Assembly: GCA_051362555.1 (NCBI GenBank)
Contig: CM120643.1
Coordinates: 1,364,001-1,428,000 of the forward strand
DNA length: 64,000 bases
Direction of reading: 5' to 3'
Source: Lingula anatina
Lineage: Eukaryota; Animalia; Brachiopoda
Shown one piece after another: positions 22,998 through 36,089 of the stretch (its first letter is position 1; each line of letters begins with the position of its first letter). Made by a program: the position numbers and the translations under genes. Below the pieces are notes generated by a model. That model was given only the letters and a program-made list of their open reading frames with translations. It was not told where the DNA came from and made no database searches.

Positions 22998-25900
22998 TCA
23001 CCCAGGAAACTTCTTAGTTTCTCCATCTTTTACGTAGAAGCCTGGCCAGAAATACACGTACTTCGTTAGCGTGCATCTTGTTATTTCTGAAACCTGTCGG
23101 CAGCCGTCTTGAGTTGTCATCTGGGACACACTCCCGTTCACCTTGAAGATAAACAATTACTAGGTAACATATCAACACGGAGAACATGTATATGAAAATC
23201 AATATATTTGTTCAAAATATGACATTTTTAAGATTTGTATTTTTGCCCTCTTTTAGAGGCAATATGTGAATTGAGAAACATTGGCAGATTACTGGTAGAT
23301 TAAAAACTCCCTTCCCTTTATATTCAACACGCACGAGATGATCATTTCTCTCTCCACAAGGAGTCCTCTCTCTGAACAAAGACATCAGAGGAGTCTACTA
23401 GTGGTATATACAATCTTATGGGCAAAGCTTTACGTAAGTTTACCGCGTCAATGACAGTCGTGTATAAAGCTGTCTAGCTGTTATGGTTTCTTACAAGGAC
23501 ATGTCACTTAAACCTTTTCCAGATCTAGCGGTACACTTGCCTGGACCGGTACAATTAGATATTGACGGTTTTAATAGACTGGCTGAAATGTAAGAGAGTC
23601 CCCGCGCGACATGGTCACTAACAGAACAGCTATATAAATTCATTCATTTATGATATATATTGTCATGCTATGTAGTGACAATGCTTGGCAAAGCACATTT
23701 AGGCTTATGACACTCTGTGTAAAAACCCTCTTTAGATAAATGTTATGATAATAAATTTTACCAGTTATCTTATATTTTTTCATAACTTACATGTATACCC
23801 CAGAATTTTTTCATTTATATGAAGACCTTACTTATGTTGATGTTCATGCTCTGTTTCCTATATAACCAGTGCACAGAACAAGGAATTGATGTGCCATCTT
23901 CTCTTTCATGTTGAAACATTTCATTAACTAATGTTTTTATTTTTCTTTCGATTTCTACATGTACATATAAAGGAACAATCCCCATTTCCCATTCAAAAAT
24001 TTTTTTTCGGTTTTTGTTCTTTCTGAAATGCTACGCATGTTCTGAGTTTAAGATAAAAACATTTTATTCGCAATTTTCCACATTCACTGTTTTCAGTATC
24101 AACATTTTGATTGGTTCAGAAAGTTGCTCTATTAATAAAAAAGCTGAGCAATTTTTGAAACTTAGAATCACCACATTTTCTCTTATATCAAATCTACAAA
24201 AATGTTTAATTCTCCTATCAAAGCATCTAATAAAGTTACCTAAACATGTTTAGCCATCAGCCATATTTCAGCGGAATACATCTTGTTTCAGCATTTATTA
24301 TTAAGACTTTATTTTGGACCAAATCAATGATACCCTAGACAATACAAATATCCTTTTAAGAGTCGTAATTATAAATATATCCCTAAAATTTAGAACCGCT
24401 CAAATTGGATCAATCCAGTTAAGCATTCCGCTATTTAATAGACCTGACCAAGTTTTGTTATTCGTGCCGGGAATTTAAGTCAAACGTCGCTGGTGTTCTT
24501 GCAGATTCGGCAGGTAGACAGCAATGTATGGGAAGCCTGATTGCGTCGGTGTTGAAACGCAATCTGATTGCATCCTGCATCATGCACATCTTTGATTTCT
24601 AAACTGCCTAAAATCTCCGATACACCCGGATGTGATGTTGATAGAGACGGCGGTCACCCTTTGTTTTTATTTTTGATTCCCCTGTTTACAAATCAACAAC
24701 AGATAAATCTCTATTCTCTACTCTTATAAAATGATATACTGTTGTAATGCGTGATTACCTGTGTCAATATATCAAGTAGATGGGTGTCACATGCTCTTTC
24801 CGAGAGCTCTCTCACCAGACTCTGAATGAACCACGTGCCATGTGTAGGAGATCGCCAAGACTTGTCACCTGAAACGTCAATTCAGCAAACCTCAGTTTGA
24901 CGACCGGATATCAAACCGTTAAAGATGTTGGTGCTTTAACAGAAGATTGACTGTTATACCTTTCCAGTTATACTTATTTCACATGTCTTTTGTGATGGAT
25001 TCTTGTCGACCAAGAGAAAGTATCAATAGTGGAAACCGCTGAAAAAGAACAAGCAGACTTCACAATCTTACCTGTGGTCGTTGAAGTAACTAATATCATA
25101 TCGGCCTTTTCTGCTATTTTGCTGTCTTCGGTATTTGAGGAAGTATTTTGTGGCTTTGTTGTCATTTGCTTGGGTTTCGTTTTTACATCTGACGCACTTT
25201 CATCCTCACCTTCGGTGAAATAAAGGATAATTGTTAAAACTTAGACAATGACATGTCAATGAAGTATAAAGCAGCGATTCCCAAGTTGTAATTGAAAAAA
25301 ATATTTTTACTTTATAACGGCCAAAATTGAACAACACATCGCATGAAATACACAAACGAGCTATATTTTGACAGAGCAGTATCAACCAACTATATATGTA
25401 AAAATAATAATAGAAACGCCCTCCGTTCGTATAAGAGGACAAAGTACAGTATCTATTACTATACAGCATTATAGCTTAAAACATCAGAGCAGAAAACAGG
25501 GAATCAATTTAACCTCTCACTCTTTACTCATGAAATTAAAACTTGTTTCACAAAGTGTGGTTCACACCAATGCCCCATGTGGAAGATGGACACTTACGAC
25601 TGGGACTCTGACACGCAGATATGAAGAACATCTTGGGGCAACCTTTCAGCGCAGGACACTTGGAGGCCTCAAAGTGTGCCAGCATTTGGTCATACCCTAT
25701 ATGATAACCATCAGTGCCTATCACCGTGTTCTCTCCACCATGACTCAGGATCACCATGATGAAGGAAGAGTAAGCACTGTGATCAGTTCTAGCTTCACGT
25801 TCGGCTAGTTGATTGATACCCTGTATAATGCAATGTTTGATCAATTCAGGTTAACGACAGTACACTTTGATACTATTATAATGTCGAAAAGAAATTCATT

Positions 25901-26707
25901 TTTCTGATCTCATCAGCGAGATCAGCGTTTGTAATTCTCTGAGGGAAGAGTCCTGTCATCATAATGAATTAGGAACAGCCGGCGTCTTGGGATTTTTTAA
26001 ACATAATCAAAGCATAAATTATTCAAATAATTTCACCCTTAACCCATAACCACAGATGAAATTGCGCGAGTTATCATATATTTAATGGCAGAAAGAGTTA
26101 ATATGTTACCATCACATAGTTTATAGCTGATATATTACCGACTCTATCTGTTAAAATATGCTCTATCTTTTAAAATATGCGACAGACTAAGTGAACATTT
26201 AAATTCGATCAACAAACCCCAGCAGTCATGTTGTCATGCCTGGACACCAGGTAATGTAGCTGCTGAAATAAACTTTCCAGACGTTTAACATCAATCTCTG
26301 TGCCTTCTCTGTCGGGGTGATAGTTATTGTCAAAGCTGACATTGTTGATGATCACAGCTCTACCTCTCCACTCTGTGTAGTTTTTGTAGACCTGCAATAT
26401 TCAAAAGGGTTGTTGACAATTTAAGTGTAATCTTGCACTGCTATTGCCTCAGTACATGCTTCTCTTGGTTTGGTGCACTAACAAGATAAAGTGTGAAACA
26501 TTCAGTTCGTGTTGCAATAAATGTCTTTTTCATGACAAAGCTACTGTATTATTGAACATTATATACGGTAACAGATACACCTGCATATAAAAATAAAACA
26601 GAATAAAACGGGACCACTAACATTTTTATGATCGAATGCCTTCTTCTGGAAGAGGTCAACTGAGCAAGGTTGGACTTTGACCTCGGCCAAATCCTCAGTG
26701 CTTGAGC
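22998..26707 (-). CDS. Caspase (peptidase C14A) domain exons, p20 + linker + p10
   Basis: p20: RGRAVIINN, DREGTEIDVKRLESLF, FIMVILSHG, CPALKGCPKMFFISACQS. p10: ADMILVTSTTTG, SWRSPTHGTWFIQSL, HLLDILTQ/VNGSVS, RQVSEITRCTLTKYVYFWPG. The last two exons are absent from the ORF track and were translated by hand. Confidence 0.92.
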
Positions 26708-29700
26708 CTACAATTATAAAGTATCCTCCAATGAGAAGGTTGGTGAGTTATTATGTGCCATGATTAGTTGCGCCTAATGTTAGACCAGTGTTAAGAATTT
26801 GGTAAAAGTGTTTCATGAACCAAAAAAACTAGTTTTCCTTGACTGCCTATAGCATTCTGGAAGAACTGTTAAGATTAAAGATCAAACTAAGTGGACCATA
26901 CCATAATACATAAAGACCCGATCTACAGGGGGTGGGGTGGGGGTGACAAAATTATTGCACCACCTGCATGAATAGGGAGCTATGTGACTGGTAGGACCCG
27001 TTCGTAAAAAGTGCTTTGCGGTTTATTGGTCACGTAACAAGGGATGGATTTTCATCCATGCGCACAATAAGAGGTGACATCGTAGGTTTAACGCCCTTCT
27101 GGATGTCAAGTTTCTATCATGGTGAAAAAACAGGAGCTCAAAAAATGAAGATAACAAAGAAATTGTTTCCCTGAGACTGGAGGGTTTAGCTGTATCCCAG
27201 AAAGCCGCCATATGTGGTATGTTTGGTCAACTTGTATACAGGGTTTGCAGAAGGATGGGGGACACTGGTGATGTCCATAAAACAACAAAAAGCAGACTAC
27301 TGGCGTCTTTTTATGCTCCCAAGGTTCTGGAAATTTGAACCGTGCTGTGAATTAGCTTTACGGTGTTTGAGTTAAAGGTACATATGAACCAAGTGTCGGT
27401 GAAGCGTGGATTTCCAGTAGTGTATATAAACCACTTCTACTAGTTTCTTATACAACTTAGACATACCAAAATTAGACATACCAAGGAATAAACCAAATAA
27501 AACGTTCTATCAACCATAAAAGAGCTTTAAACTGCTCCTTTCTTTAAACTTTTGGTCGTAAATTTAACCTACTTACCTGACCTACTTATCTGCCCCATAG
27601 ATATACAGCATAGAAAGCTAGCAGGAAAATCCGTTCAAATATAGTTTTGTGGTAATATTAAACGATGTCTTTTGGTATTTCTCTATATTTACTATCTTAA
27701 ACTATATAATGGCATTTGGTCGGCTTTTGTGGGAAAAATTGACTTCGTATGCATCTTTAAGCAAAATTAACGTTTAAAGAAGGCTCCATGCTACAGGAAT
27801 TATCACCATTATTGGGATCACGTGGCCATCCTACAAAATATTAATACTGACATAATAAATAAGCACTGGTCTGTTAACTGGTCGTGAATATACTAACTTG
27901 ACATTACCAGAAACTATTGGAAAAACCTTACAAATCCAGCTGTTCTTCACCTTATAGCAAACGGATACAGTACTCTTGTCAACCCCTGTACTTTGTTCAA
28001 TTATTAATGGTGCATTTTTTTAACCAACATATTATGACTGTAGTTAAAATATTCCAATGTCAGTGACCACGATCAATACCAGATCAGTACGTACTTGATG
28101 TTTGGGCAGAAGCAGTTTCTAGTGACTGAATTTGGGGCAGCCCTTTTTCTTTTTCTTCTGTCCTACCTGGTTTGTAAATGCGAGATAATCACACTTAATA
28201 GGCGTAAAATAATACTTTTATATCATTGACACTAAACTCTTGGAAACACACTTACACATACAAATGAAACAATTGAACAATTGATTTCGAGCTCATATAT
28301 ATTTAGCAATATCATCGATGTATAAATGTAAAATCACAATTTCATTAACTCGTGGAAAAGGTGAACCTTATGTGTTGTGTAATAGAATTAAACGCTGTTT
28401 TATTGTAGTGACTAAACGCAAGTTGGGATGAATTATCTTGACTTGTGTTACCTGTAACATATAATCTTAATTTTAATCTTGCTTATTAACAACGCCAGAG
28501 TTCAGCACACAACCTTACCTTGCTCATGAATGAGAATGTTGCTTTCTGAAAGACGCATTTGAGCCACGAGTGGGAAATTCTCCACTGCTTCTTCTCCTAA
28601 AATTATTGACATCCATATTCTTTCATTTGTGTATGTTGCAGAGTGTATAACAGTCGATATTTCAAGGTAAAAAAAGCTAGCTACATCTAGTTAAGTTTAA
28701 TGTCACATATCACCAAAATTTAAACTTTTATTTTGTCCACTTACGGCAACAGCAGGTGTTATGTTTTTGAACTGCTTACCTGAGAACCAAACACGGTATG
28801 GCCTCAAATCAATCGGTACTTCCGCATTCTCTACAAATACACAGATGACATCCCTTTCTAAAACGGTTTCTCTTTTAATATGAATCTTGTGCCTGCCATC
28901 GTTTACCCTGATATAGTAGCCAAAGTGCATTCTAGGGCAGTATGTCTTCTGTAGATAGGACAACTCGTCTTCAACTGTTTGTCGTGCTTTAAAGTATATG
29001 TGAGGCTTTGGTGGGCCGGCAGCGTTCGTTATCACCAGTTCAATATCCTTTTCTGCAGTAAAGAGATAGAGCACAGATGTTTTGTCTTCCAGGCGGAAGG
29101 AGGCGCGGTCAAACCCAACAACTGGGATGTCATTCTCAACCGTTTGAGCTTCGTATGACCCTAAAAGACGGATGATCAAACGGTGAAATAACCCGGGGGG
29201 AAAGAAACCGTGAGGGAATGAGATAAGCAGAGGTATTTGACGATCTGTCTCAGAGAACGCAACATTGGTCCTGGCAATGGATTTTAGCATGCTAGGCACG
29301 ACGAATGTCCTTTTACTTTCCTTTGCATATGGTAGCACTAGCTTTTCAACAGACTGAGGTATTTCTCTCATCAAGTCGAATTTTTCCATAAGAAGAATGA
29401 TATACTCTTTCATCCAGGACAAGTTGACGTTTTCCAAATATTCATCAAACACCTCCTCGTTTAGCAACCCTCTTCGGAGATCGTCCTTCAGGTGATCCAG
29501 GCGATCCTTTCCTGATTTACTGATGGGCGGGGTCATGATGGCAGAAAACAGATCTGCTAACCAATGTGGATTCAGTATGACGACATTTTCAAGTCTATCC
29601 ACTTTAAAGTGAAGGAAGTCTCCCAGACGGTGATGGTAAGGAATGAACATTTCATCTAACTCAGCGTCAGGGATTCCAACTAAGCGCGCCATTTCACGCA

Positions 29701-30046
29701 GTTCTTTAACATCTATGATTGGTCTTTCCTCACTCTTCTTTGCCAAATCCATTTCTAGCTGAATCCAGCTCACTGGATGCATTTGAAAGGCAGCCTCATT
29801 GTCTCTGCTAAAACCACAAAGATGCTCGATCGTTTCTTTTATTTCACAAAACTCCCCATCTTCGGCCAAGTTGCTTATTGCAAAGTAGCGGTAGACGTGG
29901 TCTTTGAGTTCCTGCTTATCGTTGAGATAATTCCTGAGATCACCAAAGATCTCCTCAGCATCGTCCTAGAAAGATTATTGAGTACGGTTCAAGCTTTTGT
30001 TATGTAGCCTGTATGTATTCTTTTTTTTTTTTTGTGAATAAAACGG

Positions 30047-30140
<94 letters not shown>

Positions 30141-33100
30141 CTTCTTTTTTTATGGTCAGTTCAATATATTAATTTGGGCCATTACACGACGGGTTTCAGA
30201 AACTTTTGTTGACATTTTTTCCACTTGGAGTCTGGTTGGATTAAACGCCTTGTGCCGTGATATGCAGTGAGCATGCAATAATGCAGTTAAAATGTATGTT
30301 CTTAATGGGAATAAAATAACTGTGATCAGAAAAAAACCTACCTGCGAATCCAGTTTGTCCTTATGAGTTCCAATAATCAAAACGTGTGGTATTGTTTTCT
30401 TGCCTTCTTCCTTCAAGTTTACAGCTGTGTGCATATGGATAGAGTTCAACCAAAATATTATAAGCTCTGAAACACATAAAAGAGGCTTTGGTAAAATGAT
30501 GTCTGTTTATCACAAAATATTTTTCCCTCATTTTGGGTAACAAATACAGTATAAACAATAACATACTTCCTTTGGCTTATTATATGATAGAGCACATAGG
30601 TTACAGACAATATTTGAACAGGCACAGTTAGAAATGATTATCGTCACTCTTTGCACAAAACTCTTTATCTATTCCTTTACATGCGTTCTTTTGGGTAACA
30701 GATCAATCTTCAGAATTCAGTTGAGAAATTAATGAACATTTACATATATGCCATCTTACGAATGACGTCGTAATTTGGGGTAAAAACTGAAAATCGGTGT
30801 CTTAAATTTCTCCATTACCTGAGCACCAAAGATCATCGTTTCAGCGCCTTTATAATGACACTATTTAGTACTCCAAAACCCCACCAGCATTTTTTCTTAT
30901 ATGTCCTAGTTCAGAATTTATCTTTGAGATGCAAAAAATGTCTTTGTTTAATGGCAATCTGTAATTAGGAGCCCATAACTCCATCGCAAAAATATTTAAA
31001 CCAAAATAACGGCACGGGATTGTAGCCCTAACACTACATTCTGCCAATTTTTGTGATAAAATCTTGTTTAGGGATGAAGTTAAGCCCCATACGGATTGCT
31101 AACTAATCTAAAAAAGAAAGGTGTTAAATTGACGATTAAAGCTTTGAGCTGCCTATGCTTATATATTGCAACGAGAAATATAAACGCCGGTATTTTATAT
31201 TTCCGAGGGTTATATTATCGTTTTAAATCAGCTCAAAGATACATGGATTATTGAATAATTAGATGTAGGGAAAACGTTTTTTATATCTGGACGATAATAA
31301 AGGGTTACAATACCCATAAACATGCATATACGTAAATGTAAACTACATCATACCTTTCACCGTCTTCTCTCCTCTGTATACGGGAATTTTGGTTTCGAGG
31401 TTTACATCAAGTCGGAACACCAACAAGTAGATGTTCTGCTCTGAGAGGAACGTCTGGTGCGTGGAGTAATAGACATCTTGACCAGCAAAATCCCAAATTG
31501 TAATCTGTTTCTCAGGTTTGACAGGTTCTCCTTGAGCAAGTGACTGTATTTTATCCAGAAGTCGCCGATCGATATGCTGGCTAAGGATTCCTTCTGCAAA
31601 GAATAAACTCAGGTTAATTCTGAAAGTAGCGGGATTATAAATACTACGCATTTTATGCATCTAGACATTGAAGATTATATCACGTTGGCAGTTTGAATCA
31701 AAAGTTGACACTCACGTCTTTTTTTCATAGTTTATATTTGTAGTTTACAACATCCCTACATTGGATCATACTAATAAGATTAGACGCAACAGTTGTCAAC
31801 TTTTTATTTGCAGTATTGGATTAAAAACATTTTATTTGAAGCACGGCTAGATGAGCAACATGTGCATACATAATATATCGTGCGATGTGAATGATACACA
31901 TAAACTAAACGTGGACTACTTACCTGATGCTCTGTCAGGTGAGGGATGATGCACACTGCCACCAGGAGGAGCTGCTGTAGAACAAAGAGCACGGTTCAAA
32001 CGAAACTTATTAATAAAGCGTTAAGTAAAATCAAAAGCATTAAAGTTAACAAATAGTATGACCATGTGGTTTGACAGTACGCCTCCGCATCAGGACAAAG
32101 AATCCGGGGATATACCTGTCCTTTACATAGGTTGCTTTAGGTTGTTCTGGGGGAGTAAGGAAGAGTTTCGTCTGGTTTTAGTTGCATTGTAATCAGCTGT
32201 TAAGGATGGACATGTGTACCTTTTTCTGCTTCCACTGTGCGGCTATAAATAGTCTCTCCAAATTCTGGTCGGGAGGCCATCGATGGCGTTTGGTCCGTTT
32301 GGTCTGGATTGCGGAATGTCTCAAGTCTCTGTATTCCTATGACCATATGTTGTACAAACTGGTCTTCTGGGTCATCTGAGGATCGTGAAAACAAAAACGT
32401 ATTCCAATATAGACTTGTCTGAGTAAGAACATGCTGTATCAAGCTACTTTTTTTTAAATTTTGCAACGTTTATAGTATAATCAGTCTGAAATTTACAGTA
32501 ACAGTTTTAGAAAATAGAATATTCATAGTTGTACATTATTTTTGTCTGCATGTCTGTTGTTAAGCCTGATGCATGTCACTGATTATCACACATACACGCA
32601 TCATTCACTGTGAGAATATACCGGTACTTTTGCTGATTTATCCCAAACAGGCGAAAATGTATTTTAAGACCCATGCCTGGGGTTTGCCGAATGGCAGATT
32701 TAGTATTTTTTTTCACATTCAGTTTTTTTTATGTTAGTGATCCACCTAAGTACCATATCTTGTTTACCTTTTCCTTTGACCCAGCAGGATTGACCGGCTT
32801 TGTGGACGATGCACCTATGACGATATATCTTCACGCCACGTGTACACGCGTCTGTTTCCTCGTCATATTCCTCCTGGATGAGGCGCTTGGCAAGATGAGT
32901 CTTCCCCACACCGTAAGGTCCAACGATAGACACTCGCTTTCTGTACACTGGAATCGCACCATTCGCACACAAGCGGAGAAACCCTTTATTAAGTCCTGGT
33001 TATAAACAGTACTAGTAATTAATGATGTTGTTATTTAGTTATAGCATACAAGGGTAAACGTCCGCCACCTACGTAACTTAGATTTTTTTTTTACATTTGA

Positions 33101-34071
33101 ATTTGAACGTCTGCTGTTAGGTCGGATAAGATGATGAGATTTGGTGCAAAATTACATCTTTAAAGCATTTCGCTACTTGTCTTTGTTTAAAAAAGCCAAA
33201 AATAGAAACAATTATGACAGAGGGCCAGAATCGTTTAGGGGTTGCTAAAACCAAACATTTGTCTGGCTAATATGTAGTTGGAAACATGGATTTGTTTTAG
33301 TATGAAATTTTCATGATGTTGAAATATCAAACACTTGAAAATTAACTTTATTTTGGGTAATTTATAGATATAAAAGCTCGACAACATTGCAAGTCCGTTA
33401 TACCTGTTCTGTTTTATCATATTTCATTATCGATTCCCTTTCTTTTTGATATCATTGTATAACACAAACGACAGTGCTTTACACGTTACAATTCATTATG
33501 TCAACAACGTTTGACTTGAAACATCATATTGTTGTAACATGTTTATATCTTATCCATCCCATGGCTTCGAACTTTGCACAAAGGGTTAATAATACGCCTT
33601 AATAATTACCATCTTGGCTGTTGCACACAAGGGATGTTTCGTAATGTACCTATAGTACATAACAAACTTACCAGCTTCGAGAACACCAATCAGTATACTG
33701 CAGACCTTGGTGGCGTCAGAGTATGTGACCCCTTTTATAGATGTAAGTGGAGAAGGGATATTTCGTGTTTGGACGTCTAAATAGATAGGGATGACGTATG
33801 GACTTCGACGGGTTTCTTGGGCCTCGCGCACCACAATGTTCATTACATAACGACACAACTCAGATCTGAAAAAATCATTCGATATGAACAACATAGAGAA
33901 TTCTGATTCTGCCACTGCCTCGTGTATTAAACTGAACAAAGGAGTCCCGAGAGTGAAATCCCGCATTGGCAAGCAGCACCGATACCCTTTGCTTTCTAAA
34001 GCTTGTGTTACTTCCAGTGCAACTGCTTCATCTTCCTCAGAACTGTACATAAACGCATCGTACTTGTACAT
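22998..34071 (-). CDS. Multi-exon TIR-ROC-COR-caspase gene (~1136 aa from the ATG of MYKYDAF)
   Basis: Exons on the minus strand: 34071-33672, 32995-32768, 32375-32220, 31974-31924, 31593-31354, 30466-30342, 29965-28780, 28596-28519, 28166-28095, 26707-26622, 26391-26218, 25820-25598, 25209-25072, 24868-24759, 23141-22998. All introns are GT..AG with matching phases. The total is 3411 nt = 1137 codons ending in TGA. The small linker exons and the true 5' end are less certain. Confidence 0.82.
28780..29965 (-). CDS. End of ROC plus COR domain exon (1186 nt)
   Basis: PVSWIQLE, YHHRLGDFLHF, VVILNPHWL, LLMEKFDL, FVVPSML and FFPPGLFHRLI are characteristic COR motifs. TTCTAG acceptor and GTAAGC donor. 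Confidence 0.9.
30049..30126. repeat. (TA)n microsatellite in the intron before the COR exon
   Basis: Direct inspection. Other (TA)n runs lie at 501-563, 3338-3398 and 7233-7273. Confidence 0.95.
30342..32995 (-). CDS. ROC (Ras of complex proteins) GTPase exons
   Basis: G1 GPYGVGKT, G2 TRGVKI, G3 ITIWDFAGQDVYYSTHQTFL, then IYLLVF, WLNSI and G4 LIIGTHKD. G5 FAISN lies at the start of the next exon. These are typical Roco motifs. Confidence 0.92.
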
Positions 34072-34087
34072 GTCTAATGGTTGTTTA
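33672..34087 (-). CDS. TIR domain exon
   Basis: YDAFMYSSEED (box 1), GYRCCLPMRDFTLG (box 2/BB loop), FISNDFFRSELC, VIPIYL, IPSPL. Polypyrimidine-CAG acceptor at 34088-34090 and GTAAGT donor after 33672. Confidence 0.9.
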
Positions 34088-34970
34088 CTGAAAATAAAAA
34101 AAAAATGAAATAAAAAATCACCAACGATAACAAAGCTGTAGAGAACAATTTGCAATCGAACGTATTTTGATATTGCATCCGCATTTTTCAATTAAACAAA
34201 AACAGTACTACGCATTTTTCAATGACAAGATATTATACAACCAAAACAATTTTCTGTCACTTAAAAGTGAAAATAGACAAAAAATGTACACTGTAACCTT
34301 GGCTGCTCCTTGTTTAGATTTCTGAGGTCCCTCAAGCCAAAGTCAAAATCGTTTATTTCAATGCAGCAAGTTTGCAACAAACATATGTAGTGACGTCATT
34401 TTATTGTAAAGAATAATGAACAACAGACCCCCTTACGTGATCAAAGTATGATTTCAAATATTACACTCTTAAAACTGATCAGTTAAACTTAACCGAAATT
34501 TGACCGAACTGTATGAAAATCAGTTGGCCTTTTAACTAATCCAAACGGTTTACATTTCGGTTACCTTTAATCAATACATTCATTTAGATATATTTACTTC
34601 AGTTGTAACCATTGATATACAGTTGTTTTCAATCAGTCACTGCAGTAACTGACCAAAACAATCTACTGGATTCAGTAATAATCTATACTTATTCATGTTG
34701 AGTGTTGGTAATGTGTAGTTCAAAACAACTGGATTTTAGAATTTGTCATGTCAACTGGTTTGATCGTTTAACTTTCAACCATATCCTCAGTCAGAATTAA
34801 CCTTGTAAACATGTACGTTGTATTTCAACTGCACAAATGCCAGAAATGTTAGAGTCATTCTCTAACGTCTTCTGAATGTTCTGTTGAGCGTGCGGTGAGG
34901 CCACTAAGACGTAGAGAGGATGATACCGCTCCAACCCATTGGGGATGAGAGGCAGGGTATGAACGCCTTA

Positions 34971-35185
34971 GACTGCATTCCCACAGATTTTAAATCGATC
35001 TATCCCCCTGGGGAGTCTCACTAGATCGGTGTCAGCTTAATCGGCTTAAATGTCTGTCCCGCCTACTATAAGCTGCAAGGGGGTAATTAACTATACTGCG
35101 CGCTCGGCTGACAGCAATTTACCGTGACCCCCCAGGGAGTTAGGTCGATCCAGATGGATCGATATAAATCTGTGGGAATGCAGTC
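34971..35185. mobile_element. Harbinger-type MITE
   Basis: TIR GACTGCATTCCCACAGATTT / AAATCTGTGGGAATGCAGTC with TTA on both sides. Confidence 0.8.
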
Positions 35186-36089
35186 TTAGACCGCATTCAC
35201 AACGATTTGAGCCAGGCTTTACAAATCCTGAGACTAAATATGGCGGACGTACATGAAAGGAAAACCGCCTAATCTTTTAATAGTCCGCCTCTCACACGCC
35301 TCCCCACACATCGTCCCTGCGGGGTACAGCCATTTAATCTCGGCTCCGTTCGCCATGCGGAAGCTATAGTGTGTGTCAGATCGCATTACACAGTATCATA
35401 CCCTGAACAAATTTTGAGTGGTGATGCAATGCTTTTCAACACCCGCTGAGAATCGTCACTATCACATCGCGTACTAGGCAAGAGTGGTGTCGCGTCTGAT
35501 ACTGTGTAATGCGATCTGATACACCTTGAAAACGGGTAGTGTGGTCTGATCTACCGGTGAATTCAGGGTCCTTAGGTGCCGAGTCTGTAGTTGGGTAGGC
35601 CTGAGACTGTCTAGGGCAGTCCTGCGCGCGCAGAAACCTTTGTCAAAGATTCACGCTCAACAGCAACTGAGAAATTGGTTACTTAGTGCGATCGACACAA
35701 TGCAGAATAGTTAAATAACCGAGTAACAAGGTCATTCTCCGCTTGTAGAAAGGCAAAATAGTTATAAATAATCAATATTCAACAAGTTTGTAGAATTACA
35801 TTACATGCTTTCTATATTCTTGTCAATTGTCCTCCCTTAGCAAAATTTAAGGCTTCTTGCAAACAGTTGCTGCAAATTTGCAACATATTTGCAAGAGGAA
35901 ATTTACCATGTAAATTAAGTCTCTTGCAAATTTGCTGCAAACTCCCCACAAACTTAATCAGCATGACAAAAGGGAATCTGTCACAGGTTTCTTGCAAATT
36001 TGCTGCAAACTCTCAAGAACCATTCATGCGAATTTGCTGCAAACTCTCCACTACAGTTCTTGCGAATTTGCTGCAAACTCTCCAGAACT

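Noticed and set aside
24480-24680. Candidate final caspase exon directly after 24759
   Set aside because: It has no QxxxxxxTLxKxxYF motif. The exon at 23141-22998 supplies that motif in the correct phase.
32115-32219. Extension of the 32375 exon through TAA to a donor near 32115
   Set aside because: It contains an in-frame stop and would end in phase 2, which is incompatible with the next phase-1 exon.
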